DNA from: an uncultured bacterium
GTDB taxonomy: Bacteria; Acidobacteriota; HRBIN11; JAKEFK01
DNA: 64,000 nucleotides
NCBI GenBank assembly: GCA_963777505.1
Contig: CAVZQN010000004.1
Span: 1,344,001 to 1,408,000, forward strand
Direction of reading: 5' to 3'
This document shows, one piece after another, positions 28,593-38,022 of the stretch. The first letter of the stretch is position 1, and each line of letters opens with the position of its first letter. The translations under genes and the position numbers were made by a program. The notes below the pieces were generated by a model. The model ran no database searches. It was not told the origin of the DNA and saw nothing but the letters and a program-made list of their open reading frames with translations.

Positions 28593-30446
28593 ATGGCTGA
28601 AAAAGAACGGTGGGGTTCTCGACTCGGTCTGGTCCTTGCCGCTGCCGGAAATGCTGTAGGCATCGGTAATCTTCTTCGTTTTCCATCACAGGCCGCCAAC
28701 AATGGCGGTGGCGCCTTCATGATTCCATATCTTGTTTCTCTTTTGGTTTTTGGATTGCCCATGATGTACGTTGCATGGTCAGTCGGCCGATTTGGAGGGA
28801 AGCATGGTCATAGTACTTTGCCAGGAATGTTCGATAAGATGTGGAAAAACCGTTCATCGAAATATCTTGGCGTTCTTGGGCTGGCTCTGCCCCTTCTGTT
28901 TTGTCTCTATTACACATATATAGAAGCATGGTGTTTGGGATATGCATGGTTTTCTCTGACCGGTGCATTTGTTAACAAGCCCGGTCATACAGTTGATCTT
29001 GCAGTATTTTTCAATGAATTTCTCGGAAACGCAGCATCTCACTCTTATTTTTCTGGGTTACAAGTTGCTCTGGTATTTCTTCTCATAACGATTGCGTTAA
29101 ATATCTGGGTGTTGGGCCGGGGAATCGCAAGAGGAATTGAACTTCTTGCGAAAATCGCTATGCCGGCACTGTTAGTTTTTTGCCTTCTTCTTTCAATCCG
29201 CGTCCTAACGCTGGGAAAATTGGAAGGCACCGCAATGGATGGTTTGAATTTTCTATACACACCCGACTTCAGCAAGTTAACAAATTTCAATACCTGGATG
29301 GCCGCTGCAGGACAGATTTTCTTTACGCTTTCCATAGGATTTGGATCGATGGAATGTTACGCCAGTTATGTGCGGGCAAAAGAGGATATCGCATTGGCCA
29401 GTACTACAACAGCCGCTACAAATGAATTCGTCGAAGTTATTTTCGGAAGCATGATCGCAATTCCGGCTGCAGCAATTTTCTTTGGCCCTGCAATGATTAC
29501 AACTATTGCAAGTACCGGATCATTTTCAATCGGCATGATCTCAATGCCTGAAATTTTAAGAAATTTTCCATTTTTGCAGTTCTTTGGAACAATCTGGTTC
29601 TTGCTGCTTTTCTTTGCCGCTTTCACAAGCTCTGTTGCGGTCGCTCAACCGATCATTGCTTTTCTTGAAGATGAAGCAAAACTCAGCAAAAAAGTAGCAT
29701 CGGCCATCGTAGGGATGATCTGGTTTCTTGGAACAATTCCAATCATCTATTTCTACAAATATGGTGTATTTGATGAATTCGATTACTGGGCCGGAACAAT
29801 CGGACTTGTTGTGGTCGCAATTGTAGAAATATTTATTTTTTCTTACATCTTCGGGGTGGACCGCGGCTGGAAGGAATTACATGAAGGTGCGCTGATTAAA
29901 ATTCCGCGTTTTTTCAAGTTCATAATGAAGTATGTTACACCGGTTGCGCTGCTGATTGTTTTTATTGGATGGGCGACCAATCCGAGCATGCCAGCAGACA
30001 AGGCCTTGATTTGGAATGTTGCGGACAGAGCCTCTTTTCCCGGAAATTTCATACATAAACCAACCGATAAAACACAAGAAATTCAGTCAAAGATTTATGA
30101 AGCAGTAGGAAAACAGAAACGTGATTTGACTGGATGGGCCGAAGCCGACTTAAGCGCAGATGGAAGTGTTCGTGTGACTGGGTTTACAGGTGATTCAGCT
30201 TTTCATGGTGTTTTAGATGCGAAAGTTCTGGAAGATTGGTTACTTTCACAGAATTTCCGGTATGAAGAAAGTCGTCAGCCAGCGTCCGCAAAGGTTACAA
30301 TTGGAATTGAAGCGATTTATCGTACTCCATATATATGGCTTGCGCGAATGATCATGGTTTTCTTTTTCGTGCTTTTCCTTGTGCTTATAGGAACGATATG
30401 GAAACAGCATCATTCCTCTAAGCCTGCTACCGGAGGTGTTCAATGA
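28593..30446 (+). CDS. Sodium-dependent transporter, NSS/SNF (LeuT-like) family
   Basis: ERWGSRLG, GNAVGIGNLLRFP, GGGAFMIPY, GQIFFTLSIGFG. Confidence 0.93.
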   Translation: MAEKERWGSRLGLVLAAAGNAVGIGNLLRFPSQAANNGGGAFMIPYLVSLLVFGLPMMYVAWSVGRFGGKHGHSTLPGMFDKMWKNRSSKYLGVLGLALPLLFCLYYTYIEAWCLGYAWFSLTGAFVNKPGHTVDLAVFFNEFLGNAASHSYFSGLQVALVFLLITIALNIWVLGRGIARGIELLAKIAMPALLVFCLLLSIRVLTLGKLEGTAMDGLNFLYTPDFSKLTNFNTWMAAAGQIFFTLSIGFGSMECYASYVRAKEDIALASTTTAATNEFVEVIFGSMIAIPAAAIFFGPAMITTIASTGSFSIGMISMPEILRNFPFLQFFGTIWFLLLFFAAFTSSVAVAQPIIAFLEDEAKLSKKVASAIVGMIWFLGTIPIIYFYKYGVFDEFDYWAGTIGLVVVAIVEIFIFSYIFGVDRGWKELHEGALIKIPRFFKFIMKYVTPVALLIVFIGWATNPSMPADKALIWNVADRASFPGNFIHKPTDKTQEIQSKIYEAVGKQKRDLTGWAEADLSADGSVRVTGFTGDSAFHGVLDAKVLEDWLLSQNFRYEESRQPASAKVTIGIEAIYRTPYIWLARMIMVFFFVLFLVLIGTIWKQHHSSKPATGGVQ

Positions 30447-30580
30447 ACCTGAGCGCTATTCTTTTCATTGTTGTATTTTGGGGAGCACTCATTCTATTGA
30501 CGTTCTGGTGTTTTTATAAAATGCTAAAAGCACCAGCTATGGGTATTGAAGATGAACCTGAAGTGCCCTTTACCCCATGA
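30443..30580 (+). CDS. 45-aa single-TM protein, probable NSS transporter small subunit (MetS-like)
   Basis: ATGA overlap with NSS stop, GGAGG RBS; MNLSAILFIVVFWGALILLTFWCFYKMLKAPAMGIEDEPEVPFTP; below ORF-track cutoff. Confidence 0.75.
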   Translation: MNLSAILFIVVFWGALILLTFWCFYKMLKAPAMGIEDEPEVPFTP

Positions 30581-30589
30581 GGTTTTATA

Positions 30590-30654
30590 GTAGGGGCGGG
30601 TCTAAGACCCGCACTCGCAACATTTGCGCGCGCGGGTCTAAGACGCGCCCCTAC
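30590..30654. repeat. REP doublet, family A
   Basis: GTAGGGGCGGGTCTAAGACCCGC...GCGGGTCTAAGACGCGCCCCTAC. Confidence 0.85.
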
Positions 30655-30663
30655 TTCAAATAA

Positions 30664-32028
30664 ATGTCATTACTCAGGCTTCCCGCTCAGATAGCTCTTC
30701 GCCTCAACAACTGGACATCACGCTGGATTCCCAGCGCATTTTCAATTGCCGTTCTGCTGACACTTTTCACTCTTGCCTTCGCTGTTGTTGCAACCGATAA
30801 AAGCCTCACTGATTGCATCCGCTTTTGGGGTGATGGATTTTGGGAACTTCTTGCTTTTAGCATGCAAATGACCTTGATCATGGTTACCGGTTACATCATG
30901 GTTGTGTCGCCAGTCATGAATCGTTTACTTCGCTGGGTTGCGTCCATTCCAAAAACACCGACCGGTGCAGTTGCGCTTACTGCTTTTGTGTCTATGATGC
31001 TCGCCTGGCTCAACTGGGGTTTGAGCATCATCGGATCTGCGATTCTAGTAAAGTACATGGCACGTCAACACAGAGATGTTGATTACAGGCTTCTTGTAGC
31101 TGTCGCGTATTTTGGGATGGGATGTACCTGGCATGCCGGACTCTCCGCTTCAGCTCCTGTGCTTGTAGCAACGCCCAAACATTTTATGGAAGCTGAAATC
31201 GGAATTATTCCGCTATCCCAAACTATTTTTCATCCATTTAATCTTGTTTCTGCTGTGATTGTGATTGCAACAATGACTATAGTTGCGGCGATGCTTCACC
31301 CGAAGAATATTCATGAACGGAGGTTAATAGATCCGGAAAAACTGGAGAGCGTTGGGGTATTTGTACCACCTGAACTTGAAAAGAAATCGAGGTTTAATTT
31401 TGCAGATTTTATCGATTACAAATATCTTCTGAATTTCATTCTTGGCATTTTGGGAATTGTTTGGCTGTTCTTGAATTTCTCGGCGCGAGGCTGGCAAGGA
31501 ATCACGATCAATACTGTAAATTTTTGTTTTCTAACACTTGGTATTTTGCTTCACCCATCGCCTGCTTCTGTTTTAAAAGCTGCAGCCGAATCAGGATCGA
31601 CAATTTATAACATCGTTCTGCAGTTTCCTTTCTACTCTGGAATGTATGGAATTATCAAAGGCTCAGGCCTATCGGATGTTATTGGAGATGCATTTGTAAA
31701 GATTGCCGGACCAAAAACTTTTCCGTTAATTGTTTATTGGTATTCGGGGATTGTTAATTATTTTGTTCCGTCAGGTGGTTCTAAATGGGCCGTTGAAGCC
31801 CCTTACATTGTAGATGCTGCCAAGAGTCTCGGAGTTTCTTTCAATCAAGTTGTTATGGCTTATGCATGGGGAGATATGATGACCGATTTATTGCAACCTT
31901 TTTGGGCGATTCCATTGTTAACCGCAGCTGGAATTGAATTCAAAGAAATCCTGGGTTACGAAATGATCGCCTTCTTGATATATGCTCTGCTGGTTTCTGT
32001 ATTATTTTATTTCCTGCCGTTTTATTGA
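30664..32028 (+). CDS. atoE: Short-chain fatty acid transporter, AtoE family
   Basis: WGDGFWELLAFSMQM, WHAGLSASAP, QFPFYSG, NYFVPSGG, QPFWAIPLL. Confidence 0.88.
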   Translation: MSLLRLPAQIALRLNNWTSRWIPSAFSIAVLLTLFTLAFAVVATDKSLTDCIRFWGDGFWELLAFSMQMTLIMVTGYIMVVSPVMNRLLRWVASIPKTPTGAVALTAFVSMMLAWLNWGLSIIGSAILVKYMARQHRDVDYRLLVAVAYFGMGCTWHAGLSASAPVLVATPKHFMEAEIGIIPLSQTIFHPFNLVSAVIVIATMTIVAAMLHPKNIHERRLIDPEKLESVGVFVPPELEKKSRFNFADFIDYKYLLNFILGILGIVWLFLNFSARGWQGITINTVNFCFLTLGILLHPSPASVLKAAAESGSTIYNIVLQFPFYSGMYGIIKGSGLSDVIGDAFVKIAGPKTFPLIVYWYSGIVNYFVPSGGSKWAVEAPYIVDAAKSLGVSFNQVVMAYAWGDMMTDLLQPFWAIPLLTAAGIEFKEILGYEMIAFLIYALLVSVLFYFLPFY

Positions 32029-32032
32029 ACTT

Positions 32033-32200
32033 TAGCCCCCAGCGTAAGCTGGGGGTAGAAAGGATTCTGACGCGATCGAGCCCGCCATTTTAATGGCGGG
32101 CGTAAGAGCAAATTCTAGAAACTAATTTTAATCTTGCGCCCGCCTAAGGCGGGCTAAAACATTCTGATACCCTTTATCCCCCGGCTTACGCCGGGGGCTA
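32033..32200. repeat. Four-hairpin REP/MITE-like element (family B)
   Basis: Terminal inverted units TAGCCCCCAGCGTAAGCTGGGGG / CCCCCGGCTTACGCCGGGGGCTA enclosing two GCCCGCC hairpins. Confidence 0.75.
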
Positions 32201-32260
32201 CCTTCCGTGTTTCCGTGATATGCTTTCGGTTTTATTAACCACAAAGACACAAAGGACACA

Positions 32261-32935
32261 ATGGAAATAATTAAGCAGTTGATCGATTTCATTCTTCACA
32301 TTGACAGCCATATGGCTGAAATTATTCGCAGTTATGGCGTTTGGACTTATGCCATCCTCTTCTTAATCATTTTTTGTGAAACGGGATTTGTGGTTACACC
32401 ATTTTTGCCTGGAGATTCACTCTTATTTGCTTGTGGCGCTTTAGCCGCGAGTACTGGAGCCTTAGATCCAACGCTTTTGATCGTTCTCTTATCCATTGCA
32501 GCAATTGCCGGTGATACTGTGAACTATTGGATCGGAGCCTATATTGGTCCGAAAGCATTTGCGAAAGAGGACTCACGCTTTTTCAAAAGGAAATACTTGA
32601 TTCAAACGCATGAGTTTTACGAAAAATATGGCGGTAAAACAATCATCATTGCCCGGTTTATGCCAATCGTGCGTACATTTGCGCCGTTTGTCGCAGGCAT
32701 CGGCAAAATGACGTATCCAAAATTTCTTGCATATAACGTAATCGGCGGGATCGTTTGGATTACTAGTTTTGTTTTGCTTGGCTACTTCTTCGGTAATATT
32801 CCTATAGTGAAAAGAAATTTCACTCTAGTGATCATTGCGATCATCATTCTCTCTATTCTTCCAAGCATCATCGAAGTAATCCGTCATCGCAGAAGAAATG
32901 TAAACCGGGCCACTGAAGGTGACCCGGCGAAATAA
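32261..32935 (+). CDS. dedA: DedA family membrane protein
   Basis: FCETGFVVTPFLPGDSLLF, GDTVNYWIG, ARFMPIVRTFAP. Confidence 0.93.
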   Translation: MEIIKQLIDFILHIDSHMAEIIRSYGVWTYAILFLIIFCETGFVVTPFLPGDSLLFACGALAASTGALDPTLLIVLLSIAAIAGDTVNYWIGAYIGPKAFAKEDSRFFKRKYLIQTHEFYEKYGGKTIIIARFMPIVRTFAPFVAGIGKMTYPKFLAYNVIGGIVWITSFVLLGYFFGNIPIVKRNFTLVIIAIIILSILPSIIEVIRHRRRNVNRATEGDPAK

Positions 32936-32938
32936 AGA

Positions 32939-34438
32939 TTATTTCTTATCTCCCATCAGCTTTGACATTACACTGTGATGTCTGCCATACGCAAAATAGA
33001 TGATGAAACCGATACCCAGCCAGATAACTAAACGTAACCAGTTTTCAGCAGGGAGGGAGAACATCAACGTCAAACAGAGGATGATTCCCATAATAGGAAC
33101 GAAAGGAACAAATGGGACCTTGAACGGCCGTTCTGCTTCCGGATGTTTCTTGCGCATGATCAGTACCGCTGCACATACGATTACAAACGCTAACAACGTG
33201 CCGATGTTGACTAGCTCCGCCAAAATGCGCAACGGGAGGAATGCAGCAAGAATTGCAACAAAGATTCCGGTTAATATTGTCGATTTCCATGGCGTTCTAA
33301 ATTTCTCATGAACTGCGCCAAAAAAACTGTTCGGTACCAACCCATCTCTTGCCATTGCAAGCAAAACGCGTGGCTGGCTGAGCATCATTACCAACAACAC
33401 AGATGTAATTCCTGCCAGTGCGCCTAAAGAAATCAGGAATTGTGCCCAGGTAAGTCCAACTTGTCTAAAGGCATCAGAAACAGGCGCATCAATATTTATG
33501 TTTTTGTAAGGCACCATTCCTGTGAGTACTCCTGAAACAAGAATGTAAAGGATTGTACAAATAATCAGTGATGCGATGATGCCGATTGGGACATCTCTTT
33601 TTGGATTTTTTGCTTCTTCCGCATGCGTTGATACAGAATCAAATCCAATGTAAGCAAAGAATATTGTGGCGGCTCCAGCAAGCATGCCGAGTGGCTCACC
33701 TCCTAACCCTTCTTGTCCGAACAAGGTTTTTCCAAAGAAGCTGATCCCAGTCAGTCCGAATGGTGCAAAAGGTTTCCAGTTATCGGGATTTACGTAAAAG
33801 ATTCCAACACCGATCACCATGAGTACAATCGCAAGTTTGACGACGACCATGGCCGTATTAAAACTCGCGCTCTCCCGAATCCCTTTTACCAATATTACAG
33901 TCACCATGAGTGCAATCAGGATCGCAGGGAGATCAAACCATGTTTGTGTTGATACTAATCTCCCGACTGATGGATCGTAATCGAAAGGAGCGGTGGTAAA
34001 AATGTGTGGAATCTTGATGCCAAATATTCCTATAAAATCCTGAAAGTAGTGGGACCACCCATGTGCCACTGTTGCAGATCCTACTGCATATTCGAGCACA
34101 AGATCCCAACCCATTATCCAGGCGAATAGCTCACCGAGGGTGGCATACGCATATGTATAGGCAGAGCCAGCAACTGGAACCATCGATGCAAATTCGGCGT
34201 AACACAAAGCTGCCATAATACAAGCAAGTCCTGCCACTACAAACGACAACATCAGTGCCGGACCGGTTTTGTCATGCGCAGCCTGTCCTACTAAAACAAA
34301 AATTCCCGTGCCGATAATCGCACCAACACCGAGACTTGTCAGTTGAACAGGACCAAGAATTCGACGGAGACGATTATCGCTCTCCATCTCTTCATAAAGT
34401 AGTTTCAGAGGTTTTCTCGCCCAAAGTTGACTACCCAT
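32939..34438 (-). CDS. APC-family amino acid permease
   Basis: GVGAIIGTGIF, YAEFASMVPVAGSAY, FFAYIGFDSVST. Confidence 0.93.
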   Translation of the reverse strand: MGSQLWARKPLKLLYEEMESDNRLRRILGPVQLTSLGVGAIIGTGIFVLVGQAAHDKTGPALMLSFVVAGLACIMAALCYAEFASMVPVAGSAYTYAYATLGELFAWIMGWDLVLEYAVGSATVAHGWSHYFQDFIGIFGIKIPHIFTTAPFDYDPSVGRLVSTQTWFDLPAILIALMVTVILVKGIRESASFNTAMVVVKLAIVLMVIGVGIFYVNPDNWKPFAPFGLTGISFFGKTLFGQEGLGGEPLGMLAGAATIFFAYIGFDSVSTHAEEAKNPKRDVPIGIIASLIICTILYILVSGVLTGMVPYKNINIDAPVSDAFRQVGLTWAQFLISLGALAGITSVLLVMMLSQPRVLLAMARDGLVPNSFFGAVHEKFRTPWKSTILTGIFVAILAAFLPLRILAELVNIGTLLAFVIVCAAVLIMRKKHPEAERPFKVPFVPFVPIMGIILCLTLMFSLPAENWLRLVIWLGIGFIIYFAYGRHHSVMSKLMGDKK

Positions 34439-34479
34439 CGTGGGTTACTCCTTGTGGTGAAGTTTAATCGTTTATGTTT

Positions 34480-36297
34480 CTAGAAAATAAAAACACCTAC
34501 GAGGTAAGCTGCTGTGAACAATGCTAAAACGATAGCAATGTTGGAAGCCTTTTGTGCGTTGACTAAGTTCTCTCCCGTAACACCGGCTTCTTTCGCACGG
34601 TTAGCGCGAATGATAATGACTGGAAAAAGAATGATCAAGAACAATGCCAATGGAACAATAAGCCAACCTGAGGCGTCAAAGAACCAACCAGCAGGCGTTT
34701 TTCCAGATTGTCTTGCTGCATCAGCAAAATGAGTAATGAACATGAGAATGATTCCCCAGACGGCCAAAAATGCACCATTTGATGCTGTCCTCGCATCATG
34801 ATTTGCAGTATTTTCAGCAAGGTGTCGTCCGGTAAGTCGACTCTTCACGCTGCCATACAATACATATACGATGATTCCAACACTTAACCACGCTGTAAAA
34901 CGCAACCAGGATGTGGGCGGCAAATAGCCAATTAAAAACAAACATCCAGCCGCTGCAGTGACTGGAAGTACGATGCCGAATGGCACACGAAATGGTCTGT
35001 GTCTATTGGGATCTTTTTTACGAAGAATAATAATACCAATACAAACCAGGATGAACGCGAAAAGCGTTCCTATGTTTGTTAAGTCCACCATTTCTTCCAA
35101 ACTTGTAAAAAGTGTAAAAATTCCTACACCGATACCAGTCAGAATTGTGGATCCCCATGGAGTCTTATATTTCGGGTGAACTTTTCTAAAAATCGCAGGT
35201 AGTAATCCATCACGAGACATTGAAAAGAAAATGCGAGTTTGTCCCATTTGAAATACGAATAAAACTGCCGTGTGCGCAATAACAGATCCAGCAGCTACGA
35301 TCTTTAAAGCCCATCCGCGAATGTTTGCATACTCCATCGCGATCGTGAGTGGTTCCGCTTGTTGCGTAGATAGAAGATTTTTTAGCGCGGAATAAGGAAT
35401 CATCCCGGTAAAAACTGCAGCGATCAAAATATAGAAAAGAGTACAGATAATGAGTGAGGCAATAATACCAATAGGAAGATTTCGCTGAGGATCACGCGTT
35501 TCTTCTGCCGCCGTAGAGACGGCATCAAATCCTATGTAAGCGAAAAAGATGACAGCGGCGCCTCGAAAAACCCCCACCCACCCATTTGGCATGAAGGGTA
35601 CCCAGTTTCCCGAATCAATAGCCTTCCAGCTTATGACGACAAAGAAGGTCAGCACGATGAGCTTGAGAACAACCATTCCCGCGTTAAACCAGGCACTTTC
35701 GCGAATGCCGATGAGTAAGATCCCGGTGATAATTGCGATAATCAGCAATGCAAGTACATTCACGATTATTGGAACGCCGAATATATGTGGTGCGCTTTCC
35801 AATAAGCCTGGGATTTTGTGAGCCGTATGATAGTCAACCGATAACCAGTCAGGGATGATTATCCCAATTTCGCGGGATAGGGTTTTGAAATAATTACCCC
35901 AACTAATTGCTACTGCGACGTTACCTACGCCGTATTCAATAATGAGATCCCAACCGATAATCCACGCGATGACCTCACCCAATGTTGCATATGAATAGGT
36001 ATATGCAGACCCAGCAATGGGTACCATTGCCGCAATTTCGGCATAACAAAGGGCCACGAATGCGCAAACAATTCCAGCAATCACGAATGAAAGCATGAGC
36101 GCCGGCCCTGCTCCGACTCGTTGGAGATCACCAGCGGCCGCCGTTCCGATAGTGGCAAAAATTCCGGCACCTATGATAGCGCCAACACCAAGCAATGTGA
36201 TATGAACTGGACCGAGAACTCTTCGCAGGGACTGATTTGGTGCTTCAGATTCTTTTAGAATGTCGTCAAGGTTTTTGACGGAAAACATGCCGCGCAT
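34480..36297 (-). CDS. APC-family amino acid permease with C-terminal extra TM segments
   Basis: GVGAIIGAGIF, GSAYTYSY, FFAYIGFDAVST; start at ATG 36297 after AGGAGG. Confidence 0.9.
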   Translation of the reverse strand: MRGMFSVKNLDDILKESEAPNQSLRRVLGPVHITLLGVGAIIGAGIFATIGTAAAGDLQRVGAGPALMLSFVIAGIVCAFVALCYAEIAAMVPIAGSAYTYSYATLGEVIAWIIGWDLIIEYGVGNVAVAISWGNYFKTLSREIGIIIPDWLSVDYHTAHKIPGLLESAPHIFGVPIIVNVLALLIIAIITGILLIGIRESAWFNAGMVVLKLIVLTFFVVISWKAIDSGNWVPFMPNGWVGVFRGAAVIFFAYIGFDAVSTAAEETRDPQRNLPIGIIASLIICTLFYILIAAVFTGMIPYSALKNLLSTQQAEPLTIAMEYANIRGWALKIVAAGSVIAHTAVLFVFQMGQTRIFFSMSRDGLLPAIFRKVHPKYKTPWGSTILTGIGVGIFTLFTSLEEMVDLTNIGTLFAFILVCIGIIILRKKDPNRHRPFRVPFGIVLPVTAAAGCLFLIGYLPPTSWLRFTAWLSVGIIVYVLYGSVKSRLTGRHLAENTANHDARTASNGAFLAVWGIILMFITHFADAARQSGKTPAGWFFDASGWLIVPLALFLIILFPVIIIRANRAKEAGVTGENLVNAQKASNIAIVLALFTAAYLVGVFIF

Positions 36298-36400
36298 GCG
36301 TATCCCTCCTGTCGACTGCAAACACTATATCAGAGAAATAAAAAGGAACATATGGGATTTTCTGACACTTGAAACCGTGATATATACTGGCCGCAAATAG

Positions 36401-36895
36401 ATGAAAATAAAAGCATCTGATACGGTTCGAGTGTATCGTACCGGCGGGGGAGGGCCATACTTATTTATTTCAATTCCGATGATGGCAATGGGTGCATATC
36501 TATTTTATCTTGGAGTCGCCGAATTAACGCACAACCGTGAACCGATCCCCTCCATCGTTTTCCTGATTATTGGAACGATTTTTCTGCTGATTGGAACCCT
36601 TCTTACTTTGTTTCGCGCAGGAGTTACTTTAGACCGGATTCAAGGGACTGCATCTCAGTGGCGTAAAATATTTCGTCACAAAACAAATGCCGTTCATTAT
36701 TTAAGGGAGTTTAGTTCGATTCAGCTTTTTATTCATCGGAGTGCAAAACGTACTGGACATATTGTTCAACTTGCCGGTGAGTCTAAGAAGTTAATTCTGT
36801 GCGATCTCTTGAATCTTGAAGCTGCAAAGCAATGTGCCGATGATGCGTCCAGCTTTTTGTCGCTGCCTGTCGTAGATAGCGCGAGTGAGGTTTAA
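36401..36895 (+). CDS. Hypothetical membrane protein (two N-terminal TM)
   Basis: 164-aa ORF, two hydrophobic segments then soluble domain; no family recognised. Confidence 0.7.
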   Translation: MKIKASDTVRVYRTGGGGPYLFISIPMMAMGAYLFYLGVAELTHNREPIPSIVFLIIGTIFLLIGTLLTLFRAGVTLDRIQGTASQWRKIFRHKTNAVHYLREFSSIQLFIHRSAKRTGHIVQLAGESKKLILCDLLNLEAAKQCADDASSFLSLPVVDSASEV

Positions 36896-37060
36896 TTCGG
36901 GATTTGTACCGCTGGCTTCCAGCCGGCTCTAAACCCTTACCTACGAAGATCATGAAGAGCACGAAGTAGATAAATTATTTTCTTTTAAGATTGTTTTCCT
37001 TCGTGTGCATCCCTGGCTGTATGAGCTCTGCCGGCAATGCCAGCGTTACAAACCCCAAAA

Positions 37061-37477
37061 TCAATCCTTCTCTTCCTCTTTCTCTTCCTCATTTGCATCA
37101 AGTGAAATTGGAGCGCTAAAAAGCTGTCCCGATGGCTCTCGAACTCCGTACAATGAGGGTATACTTCCGCCTCGTTGATAGTATTCCGGATATGGTAACG
37201 GTGGTTGCCATTCATATGTTTCAATCGCCAGCCGTTGCTCTAGTGATGGCAATTGAATGTTCAATGCAGGATATTTTGTCGATTCGACTTCAACGACTTC
37301 ATGTTTACCTGTCATATCCGATGTGTCTACTTCAGGAAGGGGTCTCAAGAGTTCTTTTGGATAAACGAGAATACTCTTCTTTTGAGGCTCTTTTTTGGGG
37401 GTCTCTTGGGATTGTGGCTCTTCGCCAAAGATTGCTGTTGAAGCAAGGAGAAACACTAAGAGAATGAACATCCGCAT
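37061..37477 (-). CDS. Hypothetical secreted protein
   Basis: AAGGAGG RBS; signal peptide MRMFILLVFLLASTAIFG; acidic tail. Confidence 0.75.
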   Translation of the reverse strand: MRMFILLVFLLASTAIFGEEPQSQETPKKEPQKKSILVYPKELLRPLPEVDTSDMTGKHEVVEVESTKYPALNIQLPSLEQRLAIETYEWQPPLPYPEYYQRGGSIPSLYGVREPSGQLFSAPISLDANEEEKEEEKD

Positions 37478-37647
37478 ATTTTCCTCCTTCTTATAAGATA
37501 TAAGATTTTTGAGCTTACTGCTCGGACTTTTTTTGCCTTAATTATATGAAACGCTTTTACCAGGACAGAATAATCCGAAAGCACTACAAGAAAGCACGAT
37601 GGTAGATCAGATTTGATTTTACGTGCTGAATAGTCGAGAATTCTTAC

Positions 37648-37989
37648 ATGCAAATACGTTTTCTCAGCCGACTATTTCAAACAACGAAGGAACCAGAGTC
37701 GAAGCCCACAACAAGCGACTCGATTACGAAACCGGTTCAGCCGAAAATCTCTGAGGCGCAGGACAGCTTTGAGGCGGCACCCCAACGAGGTTCCTATTTT
37801 TCAGGAAAATACCTTTCACAAACAGATCTTCAGCAGGAACAGAATTATTCCAGGGATCAAAACTCCGAAAGTTTAGTGAAATTCGATGCCGGTGAAATTC
37901 GGAATGCGTATGTCATCGGAAACCTATGGGATTCTAAGGACACTCCAACTGCCATAAAAAAGAAAGATTCTGATTCGGATGATGATTAA
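37648..37989 (+). CDS. Hypothetical protein carrying two short contractile-injection-system-like motifs
   Basis: 113 aa; RGSYFSGKYLSQTDLQQEQNY and LVKFDAGEIRNAYVIGNLWDSKDTP; no clear RBS. Confidence 0.6.
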   Translation: MQIRFLSRLFQTTKEPESKPTTSDSITKPVQPKISEAQDSFEAAPQRGSYFSGKYLSQTDLQQEQNYSRDQNSESLVKFDAGEIRNAYVIGNLWDSKDTPTAIKKKDSDSDDD

Positions 37990-38022
37990 TTACTTTGTTC
38001 TAGCTGAAGGCTAACGCACCGA

